Position numbers and translations under genes: made by a program
From: Camelus ferus
Taxonomy: Eukaryota
NCBI RefSeq assembly: GCF_009834535.1
Contig: NC_045697.1
Span: 7,876,001-7,940,000 of the forward strand
Length of the DNA stretch: 64,000 nt
Direction: 5' to 3'
Notes under the pieces: model-generated
What the model was told of the DNA's origin: nothing
The model's input: only the letters and a program-made list of their open reading frames with translations
Databases searched by the model: none
Part shown: one piece after another, positions 24,382 to 37,604 of the stretch
How positions within the stretch are numbered: the first letter of the stretch is position 1
Layout of the letters: every line of letters begins with the position of its first letter

Positions 24382-25830
24382 TGTGGGTTCCTGGACTCAA
24401 CTCCAGCATGTGTGACGGGGGCCTCTCCAGGCCAGTAAGTACTTCTCTGCTACCAGCTGGTTGTCCTACAGTTCAGCTCTACTCTGACACTGTCCACCCA
24501 GAGACGGTGAAACAGGCAGGGAACCGGGGAACAGAAACTGGGACCGGGTGCCTAGAGACTTCTTTGAAAGTTTTAAATTAACCTGTTTAAAATTAACCTA
24601 TAGTTGGCCTTAGTTGATACTTTTACTTGAATGATGAAAAAGCCACCCTGAAGGAACAGAAGACCCTGATTACATCTAATCTATGTGACCACATTGTTCA
24701 AGGATCTAGCTTGACCACATCATTTAAGGGTCCCTAGTTACTGAATCTTGTTTTCGCAGAGTGTTTGCTCCACAGAGCAGAACAAACTGGAATGCAAGTA
24801 GGAGAGGGCAGCCAGTGGAAAGAGGACAAGAAGCACCAAAGAAGACAGATGAAAGGACCTAGCCGAGACCCCAAAAGCGAGAGCTCTTACATCAAGCCAC
24901 CTGGGCTTGTCTCCCCAACTCCAGTGTCTTTCCACTTGAGTATCTTTTCCTCTTTTTTTTTTTTTTTTGAGCAATAAAGCAACTTTCACTCTGCCCCTTT
25001 GTCTCTACTGTGAATTCTTTCAGTGCCAGAAGACAGAACCCCACTTTTTGTGGGTCTTCCCCTTTTAGGAAACTTCCCCATCTGCTAACAATAGCACCAG
25101 CTCCCATAAAATTAAGGGCTCAGTCCTACAAGACTGCCCACTCCGCATTTCAGATGCCTGTTGTAAGCCCTGGTTATCACCTGTGCTTCTGACCAACAGC
25201 TATGGATTCGAGGTTCCAACAATCCCCTCCGTGGACTTCAGACTCCAGGTTGTTACCTGTACTTCTGACCCACTGGCTATAAATCAGAAGCTACCACAAC
25301 CTCCTTATCCGGTTTGATTAATTTACTAGAAAGGCTCACAGAACTCAGAGACGTATTTTACTTACTAGATCACTGTGTTTATTTTGAAAGATGTAATGCA
25401 GAAACAGCCAGAAGGAAGAGGTGCATAGGGCAAGTTATATGGGGAGGGGCATGAGCCCCCATGCCCTCTCCAGGAGTTCAACTCTCCCCAGATCCCCATG
25501 TGCTTACCAACCCCAAAGTTCTCTGAAACCTGACCTTTTGAGTTTTTATGGACGCTTCATTACACAGGCATGGTTGATTGAATCACTGACTTTTGGCAAC
25601 TGATTCAACTTGTAGCCCTTCACCCCTCCCCAGAGGTTGGGGTGGTGGGACTGAAAGTCTTAACCCTCCATGATTGGCTCCACTGGCAACCAGCCCCTAT
25701 GCTTTGATGCTTTGCAAAAGTCACCTCATTAATCTAAGAGGCATCTTTACACTCTTATCACTTAGGAAATTCCCCTGGAAGCTGTAAGCAGGAAACTACG
25801 GAGGAAAACTAAACATAAATGAGGAATGAC
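24382..25830. mobile_element. MER21-like LTR, split by a younger LTR at 24508-25090
   Basis: 'ccagctggttgtcctacagttcagctctactctgacactgtccacccagag' resumes as 'atagcaccagctcccataaaattaagggctcagtcctacaagactgccc'. Confidence 0.8.
24508..25090 (+). mobile_element. Solo LTR (583 bp), probably lineage-restricted ERV1-class
   Basis: TGAAACAGG...GCTAACA termini; AATAAA at about 24973 followed by U5-like 'tgaattctttcagtgccagaagacagaacc'; interrupts MER21 cleanly. Confidence 0.75.
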
Positions 25831-26012
25831 CAAATTCACTGTTTTATCTCCAGTACTGAAATAAATGTCTGGCACTTAGCAGATTCTCAGCAGTATTTGT
25901 TGAAATGACTCAAATAAAGTCCACAAATATTCCCATTTGGGCCCCCTATCCTAAGCCAAAGGGGGGGGGAAAATCTGAAGAACCACTCTGTTATTTCCAT
26001 GAAGATTCATAA

Positions 26013-26330
26013 TTGCAATGGTCTCCACAAAATCCATATGTTGAAATCTTAACCCTCAATGAGATGGTATTAGGAGGTGGATCCACTGGAAGGTGATTAG
26101 GTCATGGAGGGTGGAGCCCCCATGAATGAGATTAGTGTCCTTATGATAGATGCCCCAGAAAGCACTCTTGCTCTCCTACTGCACAGCAAGAACCAAGAAG
26201 CGTGGGACCAAATCTGCCCGCACCTTGAACTTGGACATGCCAACCTTTGGAAATGTGAGAGATAAATGTTGGTTATTTAAGCCACCCAGTCCCTGGAATT
26301 TTCATTATAACAGTATGAACCAATTAAGAA
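26013..26330 (+). mobile_element. MLT1A/B-like MaLR LTR
   Basis: 'aaaatccatatgttgaaatcttaaccctcaatgagatggtattaggaggtgg...gtgagagataaatgttggttatttaagccacccagt'. Confidence 0.85.
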
Positions 26331-27499
26331 AATAATCACTCCCCATCACTCTTTCCCTGGGCCTGGCGTGGCTTAGAAAAGAGGCTTAATGAGTATGTGT
26401 TACATGAATCAGTAAAATAACAATAAGAATTCTGCATAGGAACACACACAAAAATTATAATACTGTTAAAATATCATTGTTAAAATAATCCAGTTCAATG
26501 TATCTTGCAGAAAAGCAAAGTTTTCTTGCCCTCTCTCAATCTTACTTATCTGCTTACACAAGGAGGTCCTCTCCCTATGCCTAAAGCATACAAAGTCTGA
26601 CACATCACCCTCTGTTTTTCTGAGAATTCACACTTTATCTCAATAATTTTATCTATTGTTTTTCCCCCTAATTGCTGTGTGCAGTAATAACTTGAGAATT
26701 CCCATCTCAAAATCATCCTCCTCACAACCTTTATCTTTCAGTCTTCAGTGAGGGCTGGTGTATTCTCCCAGGATAGCTCATAAATGTCTGAAACAAAAAC
26801 AGTCGCCAGCACTCAGCCAGTAGACATCCTGAGTCCTCCTCTACATGTCTGCACCCTGTAGGGTCTCCTGTTCATCCTTTCTTAATACTGTGTCTCCTCC
26901 TACATTAAGTATTATAGCTTTTTAAGTGCCCATGTCTTGCTCCTTTTTCTTCATCCTGTACAAATCTCTGCATTAAAAAAATCTCTGAGAGGCAGTGTAA
27001 TATAGTGAAACTCCACAGGATTTAAATTTATCTTTAAAAGATTTAAAGATAATTATGACCTTGAATAACAATAGATGAGAAAGAACTGCCAAATGCACTG
27101 AAGGTCGAAGACATCTGTTGAAAATGGTGTTTGTAATGGCAAATCTATAAAACAAAGTTAGCAAAAATAGCTCCCAAAAGGAGGTGTAAGACTTAAAGGG
27201 CAAACCCAACACTCATTTCTTTGAGCAACTAGGGCAGGGTATGCAGACTAACTTGAAGAACATCCCTGACACCCCTTCCACAACACTGAGGTGGGTGCAC
27301 AGTCAGTGATTTCAGAAAATCTTGAAGCAGTTTCTTAGGAAGGAGGGACTTGACTTGCAAGCAACCTGGCTGCACTTGATCTCTGCTCTCTGGGAAGAAG
27401 CAAAGGCCCAAAAACTTCACAGTCATAAAATCCTGCCAAAGAAGCCACCCCATGTGGTTAGGCAAGAAAGCTTGTTGATGCAGGAACCAGTCCTGGACC

Positions 27500-28370
27500 C
27501 AGCATAACCCAGATTTTCCTGAAAATAGCCAGTATGTAAGAGCCCACCCAACTCAAAGATGAGAAATCATTAAAAAGGAAGTGACACAGGATCTACACAA
27601 AGATATTACAAGAGATAAGAATAAAAGGAGCAGCAACATATGAAAGATGACTAAGTCTCACCAGAAAAATATTGCCATAGAACAGATGTAAAATATGAGC
27701 AAACACAGTCATAAATAAAATTTAAAAATATCTTTTTTAAAAAAAGTGCACTAGTAAGAAACATTAAGTTAACCAAAAGAGATGAAACATGAGCTGGCAG
27801 AATGTGGGAGGTAAGTGGAAAGGAAAAGGAAAAATATCATCTCCAAAATCATGTCTGCATTGGAAGCAGCACAAAGGCAAACAGAAGCTGCTTGAAGCAC
27901 AGCAAAGCCATGAAAGACTAGAGAGATGAAAAATAAAAGGAAAATGAACAAAGAGTTTTAAAAGATTGCAGATGGCAGATATGAAGCAAAGACAAGGAAA
28001 AAAATGATTTCATGCACACACAATGAAAGGTAGCTTCAAAAATGGAATAAATATGTTTTTAAAGCTGGAATTTAATAAATATTTTCAAATGTAAAAGAAG
28101 ACCTAATTATATATGTTGAGAGGATATCCTATAACCCAAGACTTTTTGAAAAGAGAAAAGGTAAATGTACTGGCTTTCTAAGACAAAAAAAGAATAATTT
28201 GGGATTCAAGGCATAATGACTAGCTCATCTATATGAGAAAATAATGAGGCTAGATTCAAAATGATTCATGGCAACACTGTTAGAAGACTGGGGAACATGA
28301 TTGTAAAACATCCTCAGGGAAACAAGAATTTTAGCCTGACTAAATTTTGGTCTGATTATGAAGTCAACAT
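27500..28370 (+). mobile_element. Old L1M 5'/ORF1 region
   Basis: A-rich; 'aaaagaagacctaattatatatgttgagagg', 'aaataatgaggctagattca...ggcaacactg' resemble old L1 ORF1. Confidence 0.55.
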
Positions 28371-28371
28371 T

Positions 28372-30125
28372 CCTTCATTTGTTCTGAAATATTTATTGAG
28401 CACCTCTTACTGTCAAGCACTCTAGTGCAAGGGACGCCACCCCAGCAATAATAATAACAAATAGCAGACTAAAATCCCTGCCTCATAGAGCTTGCATTCT
28501 AATTGGAGATAAAAATAGAGTAATGAATGAGATAAAGTCCTATATACGTAGAACGGGAGGAGGTGATGGGTGGTAAATGCTCAAGGAAGTACATAGAGAT
28601 TGTCAAAAGCAGTGCTATTTGACCAGAAAGCCTTAATGAGATGGGCCACGTGAGGAAGTTAGGAATGAGGAAAGGGGTCAAGCTTTGCACATATCCAGGG
28701 AAATAATATTTTAAGAAAAGAGAATAGTTAGTACCAGGTCCTAAAGCATTAATGTGCGTGGAGTGTTCAGGAAACCAGACAAAACTCAGTATGACTGGAA
28801 CAGGGTGAGGAGGAAGCAACGGGGAGAAGATGAGGTCAGGAAGGCAACGTGGAAAGGCTACTTTTATGTTGGCTATTTTAAGGGTTTGAAGTTTTACTCT
28901 GAGGTGGGAAGTCATTGGAGTGCTTTAAGATGAGTGGCACGTTCTCTTGCATAGTTTAATTCCCTTGTTCTGTCTTCTGTATTACAGAATGACTGAAGGC
29001 AAACATTGGGTGTCTATTTTGGAGGCTATTAAATAATATGAGTTAAAGTTGGGGGTGCCTTGAACCTGAGAGGTAGCCATGTAAGCAGGGAGAACCAACA
29101 GGACTTACTTATGAATGGAATGTAGAGTTTGAAAACAAGAAAGAAGCTCTAATCCATCATTGGTGGAATAGAAAACGGTATAGCCACTTTGGAGGGCGCT
29201 TTGGCATTTTCTTACAAAACTGAACATACTCTTACCATCAGGTGCAGTCACTGTGCTCTGATATATACCAAAAGGCATTAAAAACTTAAAATCTTACATG
29301 TAGATATTTAGAGTTTTATTCATAATTGCCAAAACCTGGAAGCAACCAAGATGTCCTTCAGTAGACAAGTGGATAAATAAACTGCAGTATATCCAGACAA
29401 TGGCATATTATTTAGTGCCAAAAATAAATGAGATTTCAAGCCATAAAAAGGCATGGAGGAACCTTAAAGGTATATTACTAACCAGAAGAAGCCAATCTGA
29501 ATAGGCTGCATACTGTGTGATTCCAACTACATGACATTCTGGAAAAGGCAAAATTATGGAGAGAGTTTAAAAAATATAAAAATAGTTGATCGTCAGGAGT
29601 TAAGAGAGAGGGAAGGATGAATAGGGAGAGCATAGAGGACTTTTAAATCAGTAAAACTACTCTGTATAAGGGTATAAATGTGGAAATATGGCAATACACA
29701 TTTATTCAAACCCATAGAATATACGACACCAACAGCGAACCCCAGTGTAAACTACAGGCTGAGTGACAATGGCATATCACTGTGGGCCTATCAATTGTAA
29801 CAAGTACCCCACTCTAGTGGGGGACGTTGATGGGGAAGCTACACATGCAGGAAGTCAGGGGCACCTATGTACCTTCTGCTCAATTTTGCTGTGAATCTAA
29901 AACTGCTTTAAAAAATAAAGCCTATTCAAAAAGTAAATAAAAAGAGAAGAGTCAAAAATGATTCCATGTGTTTTTGTTCTAAACCACAGGGGGAAAGATA
30001 ATTGTTATTTACTGGGAAAATTGTGGGAGGGACATATTTGAGATTTGGTAGGTGGAAGATTAGAAGCCCACTTTGGAAATTGTACAATTAATAGTCCAAG
30101 TAGGGAAGCTGAACAAGTAGTTAAC
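28372..30125 (-). mobile_element. L2 LINE, split by L1MC at 29150-29935
   Basis: Starts 'cattccttcatttgttctgaaatatttattgagcacct' (antisense L2 3' end) and resumes 'aagagaagagtcaaaaatgattcc' after the L1. Confidence 0.85.
29150..29935 (+). mobile_element. L1MC-like 3' end
   Basis: 'ttattcataattgccaaaacctggaagcaaccaagatgtccttcagtag...tgctgtgaatctaaaactgctttaaaaaataaag'. Confidence 0.9.
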
Positions 30126-30555
30126 TTTATAATAAAACATTTTTTGAGTACACAAGAAGTCATATATTTTGCATGAGGCTTTTTTTTTTTTTAAAAAAAG
30201 TTAGAAGGCAAACTTCAGCAAATCTTAAAATGAAAAGAAAATCACTGGGAAAGGGACCCCCTGGTGAGCTTTGAACCCATATATCTACAGGGCCGAGATT
30301 AAGAAAACTGTGATACTAAATATTTAATAAAAGTAATAAAAATGTTATAAACTTAGAAAGAGGAATGATAAATAGCAAAGGAAAGAAGTAAAGGGAAAAA
30401 GAGTGTGACAGTGTAAGAAGATGAATTTCCTCATCTCTTGTAACCAAGCTCTCAAAATTATATAATGCAAAGTGGGTAAATCAAGTTACAAGTTATAAAA
30501 TGAAATACTAGAATAATAAGAAAAATCAGTCATTTTATTAAGGAAAAAAATCAAC

Positions 30556-31138
30556 TACAGCAGACACTTCAGCATCCCACCTACTTCTCTTTACTCTCAG
30601 ATTTCAGTGCATGTCAGCACAAAGTACAATTGACAGCACCTAATTTTTCTCTTTCTTTCTTTCTTTCTTGCTTGCTTTCTTGCTTTCTTGCTTTCTTTCT
30701 CTCTCCTTCTTTCTTTCTCTCTCCTTTCTTTCTCTCTTTCTTTCTCTTCCTTTCTTCCTTTCTCTCTCTGTTTCTCTCTCTGTTTCTCTCTCTCTTTCTC
30801 TCTTTCTTTCTTTCTCTTTCTTTGTTTGCTTGAGACTTTGACTTTCTGTTGCAAGGAAACCATTCTGCCCACACAGGTGGCATCCAGAAGTGTGAGGACA
30901 TTAACACTCTTTTAGATCAGCCCTCAACCAAGACTCTTCCCATCAGGTGGGTAATCCTGAACACAAACACATTCTATAACTGACTGTCCAAGTTTTTTCG
31001 GTTGCTCACAGCAGTCACAGGCCCTTTTGTTACCTGCCTTCCCTCCCCACCTATATCCCGACTTTTTCTTCTCAAAAAAACACTTGGACTGAAATCCTTG
31101 TATCTGGGCCTGATTCTGATGGAAAACAAGCTAAGACA
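30556..31138 (+). mobile_element. LTR16-like 5' LTR of ERVL provirus, interrupted by CT microsatellite
   Basis: Ends 'aatccttgtatctgggcctgattctgatggaaaacaagctaagaca', followed by PBS-like 'gttggtttgagaag'. Confidence 0.7.
30644..30832. repeat. Compound (TTTC/TC/TTGC)n microsatellite
   Basis: About 190 bp pyrimidine tract, seen directly. Confidence 0.95.
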
Positions 31139-34100
31139 GTTGGTTTGAGAAGCTGTCCTAGACAGCAGAGTCTCATGACTGATTCTGAAATTGGATCACT
31201 TATCAACCAGAAGATAATAATGACACTTTTTTTTGATAAGAGGTGCTAACACCTGGTGTGCTTTAGCTAACATGGGCCTTACAATTTTGCTCACCTCTGG
31301 TACACTGGGATGTGATACAAATAGGGGGGTATACCCCCACTAATGCAATATTTCTGTCATTTGCTTGAAGTACTATGGATTGGTTACTGTTAAGTGTAAC
31401 TGAAACACTAAGGGAAGAAATGAAAGCTCATTTAGCTAATTATCAAATGAGGGCATGACATAAAAGCCAAAGGGTTTTTACAACAGTATGTAAGGAGCCT
31501 CTCATCTTTTGCAGCTGGAGGGAAAGTTTTGCTCAAACTCAGACTTAAAATCTGACTTAGAGGAGCAGAATTACAAATAATAATAAATTAATAGCCTTGA
31601 AAAATTCCTCTTGTTAAAGTCAAGGCCTTATAGACAAGTGGGAGCCTAAAACCAGAGCTGGGAATAGATGAGCCAATATTTGTGAGAAGCCTGAATCCCC
31701 AGATCCTCTAGAACCTTCTAGTTCTGTGGAAGTGTCTCATTCTCCCTCTACCCCCACCATCACCTCTTGCTAGTTTCCCTTAGCTGGAAAATTCCCTTTG
31801 CTTAGAGATCATGCAGTTTTAATTTGGGGAAATACAAGATTAGAATTGTCATCCTCAAGATTTTTTCTACCTCTCTTTAGAGCTGGTAGACTGATAACAA
31901 TTCACATCTTAGATAGCCTAAGAGAATGATGTCTTTGTTTCAGGGTGGTAGAGTTATTCATCAGAAAGATAACAAGATAAGGCAAATTTTTATTAGCAGG
32001 AACCAGGAGAATATGATTGTGAATGGATCTTGAAGATGCTGAACAAGGGTAGAAGGAGAATTTATTATTGGATAGAGCAAGTTGCTCCATATAGATGTCT
32101 CTCATGACTCAGAATTTAACATTCAGACAAGGACACATGGATCTAAATCCAAATTCATTACAAGGTTGACCCCTTAAAACTTGAATCAAACAGTGAGGTG
32201 AGGTTGCCAGAATTGCTTTGGCAGAGTGTTGAGAAAAGAATCTAAAGTTTCAAGTGGTTGGGTACTCTAACATTAGAACAGAGAACCACACTCTCCATGA
32301 GGGCCTGCAGGACATTTATTCCATCAAGATGATGAGGAATGTATTCATGAGGAGATCAGCATTGCTGGGGAGCCCAGTGATAAATGTTCTTTGCAGACCA
32401 GTGATGGTAGGAACTCAGGATGTTTTCCATAGAACTGAGATCCATAGTTCTAGACTTCTAGAAAGAGTTCTAATAGTTTTCAGAATAGAAAAAGAGAGAA
32501 GAAAGCACTTGAGAGAAGAAAGCACTTACTCATCAGAAGCAAAATGGACATAATTACCACGAAGGATGAGAAAATCAGAATGACAAATACACATTCCTGA
32601 GGGAAAGAGAGATAGGTAGCCAGAGGATGTTGCTTGGCTTACAAATAAAATAAGATTTGAAAAAAGGTAAACCAAACCCTGATCTGTCTTGCAAAACCAT
32701 ATATAGTCCAGTTTCCAGAATTATTTCTAAGCCATTGACTAAAAGAAAAGTTATGTGACTTTGATGAAGATCCTATATTTTGACAAATATATATTGTAAC
32801 ATTGCCATAAATCTTTTCCTAAAGGGATCTATGGCCATTTATATGAGTAATTGTACACTTGGGTAATAGGAACAGCTGCATGTATTGAGGATGTCAGTTA
32901 CAGAGTCTGAAATGACATTGACCTTATTACTAGGGAAGGGGGCATACAGATACCAGAATATAAATGAAGCCCTGGCTTGATCCATCTTAGAGTAAGTCAA
33001 TGGCCTACAAATGACTATGGCCGTTTTCCTAGTTATCAAATGCAAAGTAAGGACAGGATATAATTAATTACCACCGAATTAAACCCTCAAATTGTTTTCC
33101 TGAACTATGGTAGAAAAGCCACCATACTAGGAAAGACCACACAGGAGTCCCCGGAATAACCTCTTTCTCCACTGGCCAAAACAGTTAAGTTAGAAACATT
33201 GCCATGTTCTGGGTAGAACGTCACTCGTAAGGGCTTGTAGGGGTCATCAAAGAGGAAAACCTTGGCTTAGTTTATGAATGGGCTACCTTGATATGTAGGC
33301 ATAAGCTCAAAATGGACTTCTGTTGCACTACAGCTTCATTCAAAAGTGGCTTTGAAAGATACCGATGAGTAAAATCCTCCTACTTGGCAGAGCTATAAGC
33401 ACTGAACCTCTGTTCATGAACTCGATGTGTAGAGAGAAGTGGCCTGAGTGAAGAATATACATGGAATTAGAGACAGTGATAAATGTCTTGTCTGGTTGGC
33501 CAGGGTCCTTAAAAGAGCAAGATAAAGAGATTGAAGAAAAATATTTTAGAGTCAGAGTCATATGGATGGTCTGTCAAGGTTGAACACAAATTGTGCAGAT
33601 CTTTATGTCCTCCAACCTGAGAGCAGTCATAGCAGTGGAGGCACTGAATAACCAAGGAGACAGCTGACAAGCTGTAGGGCATGGGTGGACATAGTAAACC
33701 AACTCAACAGCCAACTTAGTTCCTGCTTCTATTGAATGTCCAACCTGTCAGAAGCAGAGACAAACACTAAAACTATGATATGGCATCATCTTTTCAAAAA
33801 GACTAACAGACACTTGGCAGCACGTTGATTTCAGTAGACCCTTGTTGCCTGTAGGGAGCCTAATTCATAATTATTGGGATTGGCAAGTATTCTGGATATG
33901 GATTTGTACTCCTGATTCTGAGTGCCTTGACCAGCACCGCTATCCAAAAGGCCACTAGGTTATTGTCATGGGATTTTGCATAGTATCATCTCAGACCAAG
34001 AGACTGATTTAAGGCAACAAGGAAGCATGACATTTGGCACAAGAACACAGGATTCACTGGCTCCTCCATGTCCTCCATCACCTGCATACTGCCACCCATT

Positions 34101-34911
34101 GGAAACACTGGAATAGACTCCTCAAGATACAACCAAGATGCCAGCTCAGGTACGGTACCTTATGGGTCTGAAGTGATGCCCTTTGATATTTGATCTATAT
34201 TTTTGACCAACAGCCATTATATGATATTAATTCTGTGGTGGGTAAATGAGGTTCAGAATCCAAGAGATAGAAGTAGAGGCGACCTCATTCATCATCACTC
34301 TCAGTGACCTTCTTGGGGAATATGTGCTTCCTGTGCCTACAGCTTTAGGTTTTGCTGGGCTAGACATCTAGTTTCGGGGCACTAGGATGCTCTTTATAGA
34401 GAAACCGTGAGAATTCTACTGTGTCTCCGCCACGGGACTCTTCATGCTAGTAGACTAACAGGTAAAGAAAAGAGTTATTATAATTGGTTGGGTTTACTGA
34501 CCTCAGTAGTCACGAGAAGATAATGTTACTGTTATACAGTGGTTAAAAGGATCAAAAAGTATGGGAGTCAGTGGATTTCTGGGGGCGTCTTTTGGTGCCT
34601 CCACGTCCGGCCCTATAACAGTAGTAAAGGGGCAGCTGTAGTGACCACACTCTAATAAGGTCATCAAAACCAGGGAGAAGCAGAAGTGCTGATAGAGGAG
34701 GTCTAGAAGGGGTGGTGGAGTCGACGTGTTGTGTATCAGCCTCAGCGCTTGCGCTGGCTTTCAGCAGCTGGGACCAGAGCGTGTTCTATCAGAACTTCTT
34801 TTGTAAGACTTTCTCTTTTTTTAGAAATTGGGACAGACCACCGTCTCAAATTACTGCTGGCAGGAATTTGACATGGGGCATGAGTGAATCTGGGTGGTGC
34901 AAGGGGAGGGC
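31139..34911 (+). mobile_element. Decayed ERVL internal region (gag, pro, RNase H, integrase), ERV3-16A3-like
   Basis: Integrase remnants ECPTCQKQR (about 33734), 'tattctggatatggattt' (YSGYGF), 'ggattcactgg' (GIHW); PPT aaggggaggg 34901-34910. Confidence 0.85.
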
Positions 34912-35358
34912 TGCGGCGGATGCTGTGAGTGCCCTGTGCTTACCTACAAGTCCTTTCAATTTCAGGGCAGAGCAGCTTCAACTCCAATGTTGAGTGCCTG
35001 CATTTCTTCACCCTAGGCTTTCTCGGTTACTGATGTTGCTTCCTCTGTGAGAACAGTCAACAGTGCAGGGACATTAACACCCCGGAGCAGCCCTCCACAA
35101 ATTGCTGGTGTGGACTAGTATGTAACCACCCCAGTCCCCTCTCCTTCAGATGAGGTGATTCTGAGAAGTGTTTTGCACTGGTGCTGAGGGTTTCCCAGCA
35201 AGATTTCACTGCAGGCACCCACAGTGGGAGCTGGCTTGCTGATACCGCCTTAGCGCCTTTCTTCCTTCCCCACTTCCTACCATTGCCTCCCAGATAAATG
35301 ACCTTACACCTGAATCTTTGTCTCAAGATCTGCTACTGAGAGAAACTAAATGAAGACA
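34912..35358 (+). mobile_element. LTR16-like 3' LTR
   Basis: Starts TGCGGCGGATGCTGTGAGTGCCC right after the PPT; ends 'gaatctttgtctcaagatctgctactgagagaaactaaatgaagaca'. Confidence 0.85.
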
Positions 35359-35399
35359 CTAGTGCTGTAATCTTGCAACTGCTCATTGTGAAGATTTAG

Positions 35400-37020
35400 T
35401 AGTTGCTGCATAAATCAGTGGCATAGCAAGAATTTATATAAAGTTGTAGTTATAAAAGTAACATAAAGAAAAGCAATTAACAGAACATAATTCTAAATTA
35501 TCAAGGGACACACACAAAAATAGCAAAAAATATACCTCATATAGTAAAGAATTTTTAAAATGAGCAATACGAGCAAAAACTGTCATATAAAATATGAGAT
35601 ATAATTAAGACCAAATATATATTCCATAAGAAAAAATGAAAATAAAATTACCTATTTAAATGCAAAGGCTATCATATTGGATTACAAAGGAAAATAAGAT
35701 GACTATGACTTGACCCAGAGAGGTTGAAAATAAAAAGATGGGCAGTTTTTTACTGAGAAAATGTAGGTGAAGGAGTGGACTAAAATCTAAATATCATTCA
35801 AGAATAAACTAAACAAGAAATAAAGGAAAACTGGGCTCATTTATGGCTAAAGCTTAGAGTTCTAACAGAGATCAAGAAATTTTAAGTACATACTTTAAAA
35901 TACAGTTTAGATATATAGTTAAATAATATAGTTTAGGATATATCATTAACATTAACTTAGGAAAAATATAAGAAATGATAGGAAAGTAAATGGAAATATA
36001 TCATTCATAATTTGCTTTCCTCAGTGCTTGACATAGAAGCATGTAAGGAGTAACACATGAAACTTAACATCAATTTATTTAGATGTCAATCAACTCTAGT
36101 CCCTGAAAGGACAGACTGTTCTTTCCTTTCTCAAGTTTATGGTGTAAAGTTAAATGCATGTGATGTTTTATAAGAAAATAAAAAGGGAAACCATTCAGAC
36201 TGAGTTAGGAATTTAAATGATCTGAAAAAGGTAAGAACTTAGAAGGATTTTTTTCATAAATATTTTTGGAAAATACCTTTTTAATAATGACAAAAGCCAG
36301 AAGCCATAAATATTCTTTTAAAATGACAATACACATAATATTAAATATTTTGCAAGGCAAAAATAAAGTGAAAAAAGAAAACAAGACTTGGATGAAAAGT
36401 TTGCAGCACATATTACAAGTGAAGTTCTTGTTTTTTTAATGTATAGTTAACATAAATTAATAAGAAAACCCCAACAGCTCATGAGAATAATCAGCAAAAT
36501 AAACTTTTACAAAGAGCAAACACAGCCAAGTAAGACATAAAAAATAAATTTTTTAAAAATCTGCAATGATACATGGTTTTTTACCTATCAAGCTGAGAGA
36601 GAGCAAGAACGCTCGATAGCACAGTATAATGGGAAGGAGGTGAGCACTCCTCTTTATTGCTAGTTAGAGAATAAACTGTCACAGTCTCCAGTGGAGGGCA
36701 AAATGACCCCAGCTATCAAATGCTCACACTTTCTGACCCAGAAATTCATTTTTTAGCATTGTTTTCTATAAACAGATTCACATTTAATCGCAAAATGTTT
36801 GAAGTGAGATTCATCGCAAGTCTTTTCTTCCCTAACAATAAAAGACTAGAAGATCATGTCCAAAGGGAAGTGGTTAAATACATTACGTTACATTTATGTA
36901 ATGGAGTACTCTCAGTACAAGGGATGTGAAATCTCTGTCAAAGCTAGTAATGAGAAATCTCCAACTATGATTACGTGAAAACCCAAGTAGCAGATCAGGA
37001 CCGAATAACCTCATTCCAAA
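35400..37020 (+). mobile_element. Old L1M/L1ME (ORF2 remnants to 3' end)
   Basis: A-rich; 'gagaggttgaaaataaaaagatggg', 'ctttctgacccagaaattcatttttag', 'gggaagtggttaaatacatta'. Confidence 0.65.
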
Positions 37021-37277
37021 ATAAATGTTTATTAATTCCGTTTTTCAAAAATATTTGTTGGCCTATACTTATTTTAGGTTCTGGAGACACAGTGTTAAAT
37101 AAGAGTCTGAGTTCTGAGTTTACATTCTCGGGGTACAGAGGGGTCAACAGATGATTAAAGGAAAAGAACTGGTTGATGACATTATTTAAGATCAAGTTGA
37201 GGTAAGTCTTCTAAAGAATAGCACTGAAGAGTAGATTAAAAAAAAAAAGTCACCAAGATGGAGATTAGAAGATGCTA

Positions 37278-37604
37278 GCTTTCTTTCCTCTTTCCAGGCC
37301 TTTCCTCTTTTTTTTTTTTCCCTAATTGAAGTCTGGTTGATTTATAACATTAAATTAGTTTCAGATGTACAACATAGTGATTCAGTTTTTTATGGATTAT
37401 ACTCCATTTAAAGATATTATAAAATAATGGCTGTATTTCCCTGTGCTCCACAGTGTACCCTTGATGCTTACCTAGTTTATACATAGTAGTTTGTACCTCA
37501 TGATCCCACACCCCTATTTAGCCCCTCCCCCTTCCCTCTGGTAACTGCTAGTTTGTTCTCTATGTCTGTGGGTCTGTTTCTGATTTATTACCCGCATTTG
37601 TTTG
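37278..37604 (-). mobile_element. L1 3' UTR fragment inserted in an L2
   Basis: 'attgaagtctggttgatttataacattaaattagtttcagatgtacaacatagtgattcag'; flanking gatgcta 37271-37277 / 37605-37611 with TTTT|AA endonuclease site. Confidence 0.9.

Noticed and set aside
25140..25300. Imperfect direct repeat of about 70 bp
   Set aside because: Lies inside the MER21-like LTR and, as I recall, is part of that family's consensus
28499..28915. Longest ORF in the track (138 aa)
   Set aside because: Lies wholly within a decayed L2; no recognisable host gene
30597..30915. Four ORFs rich in K/R/E or F/L/S
   Set aside because: Translations of the CT microsatellite
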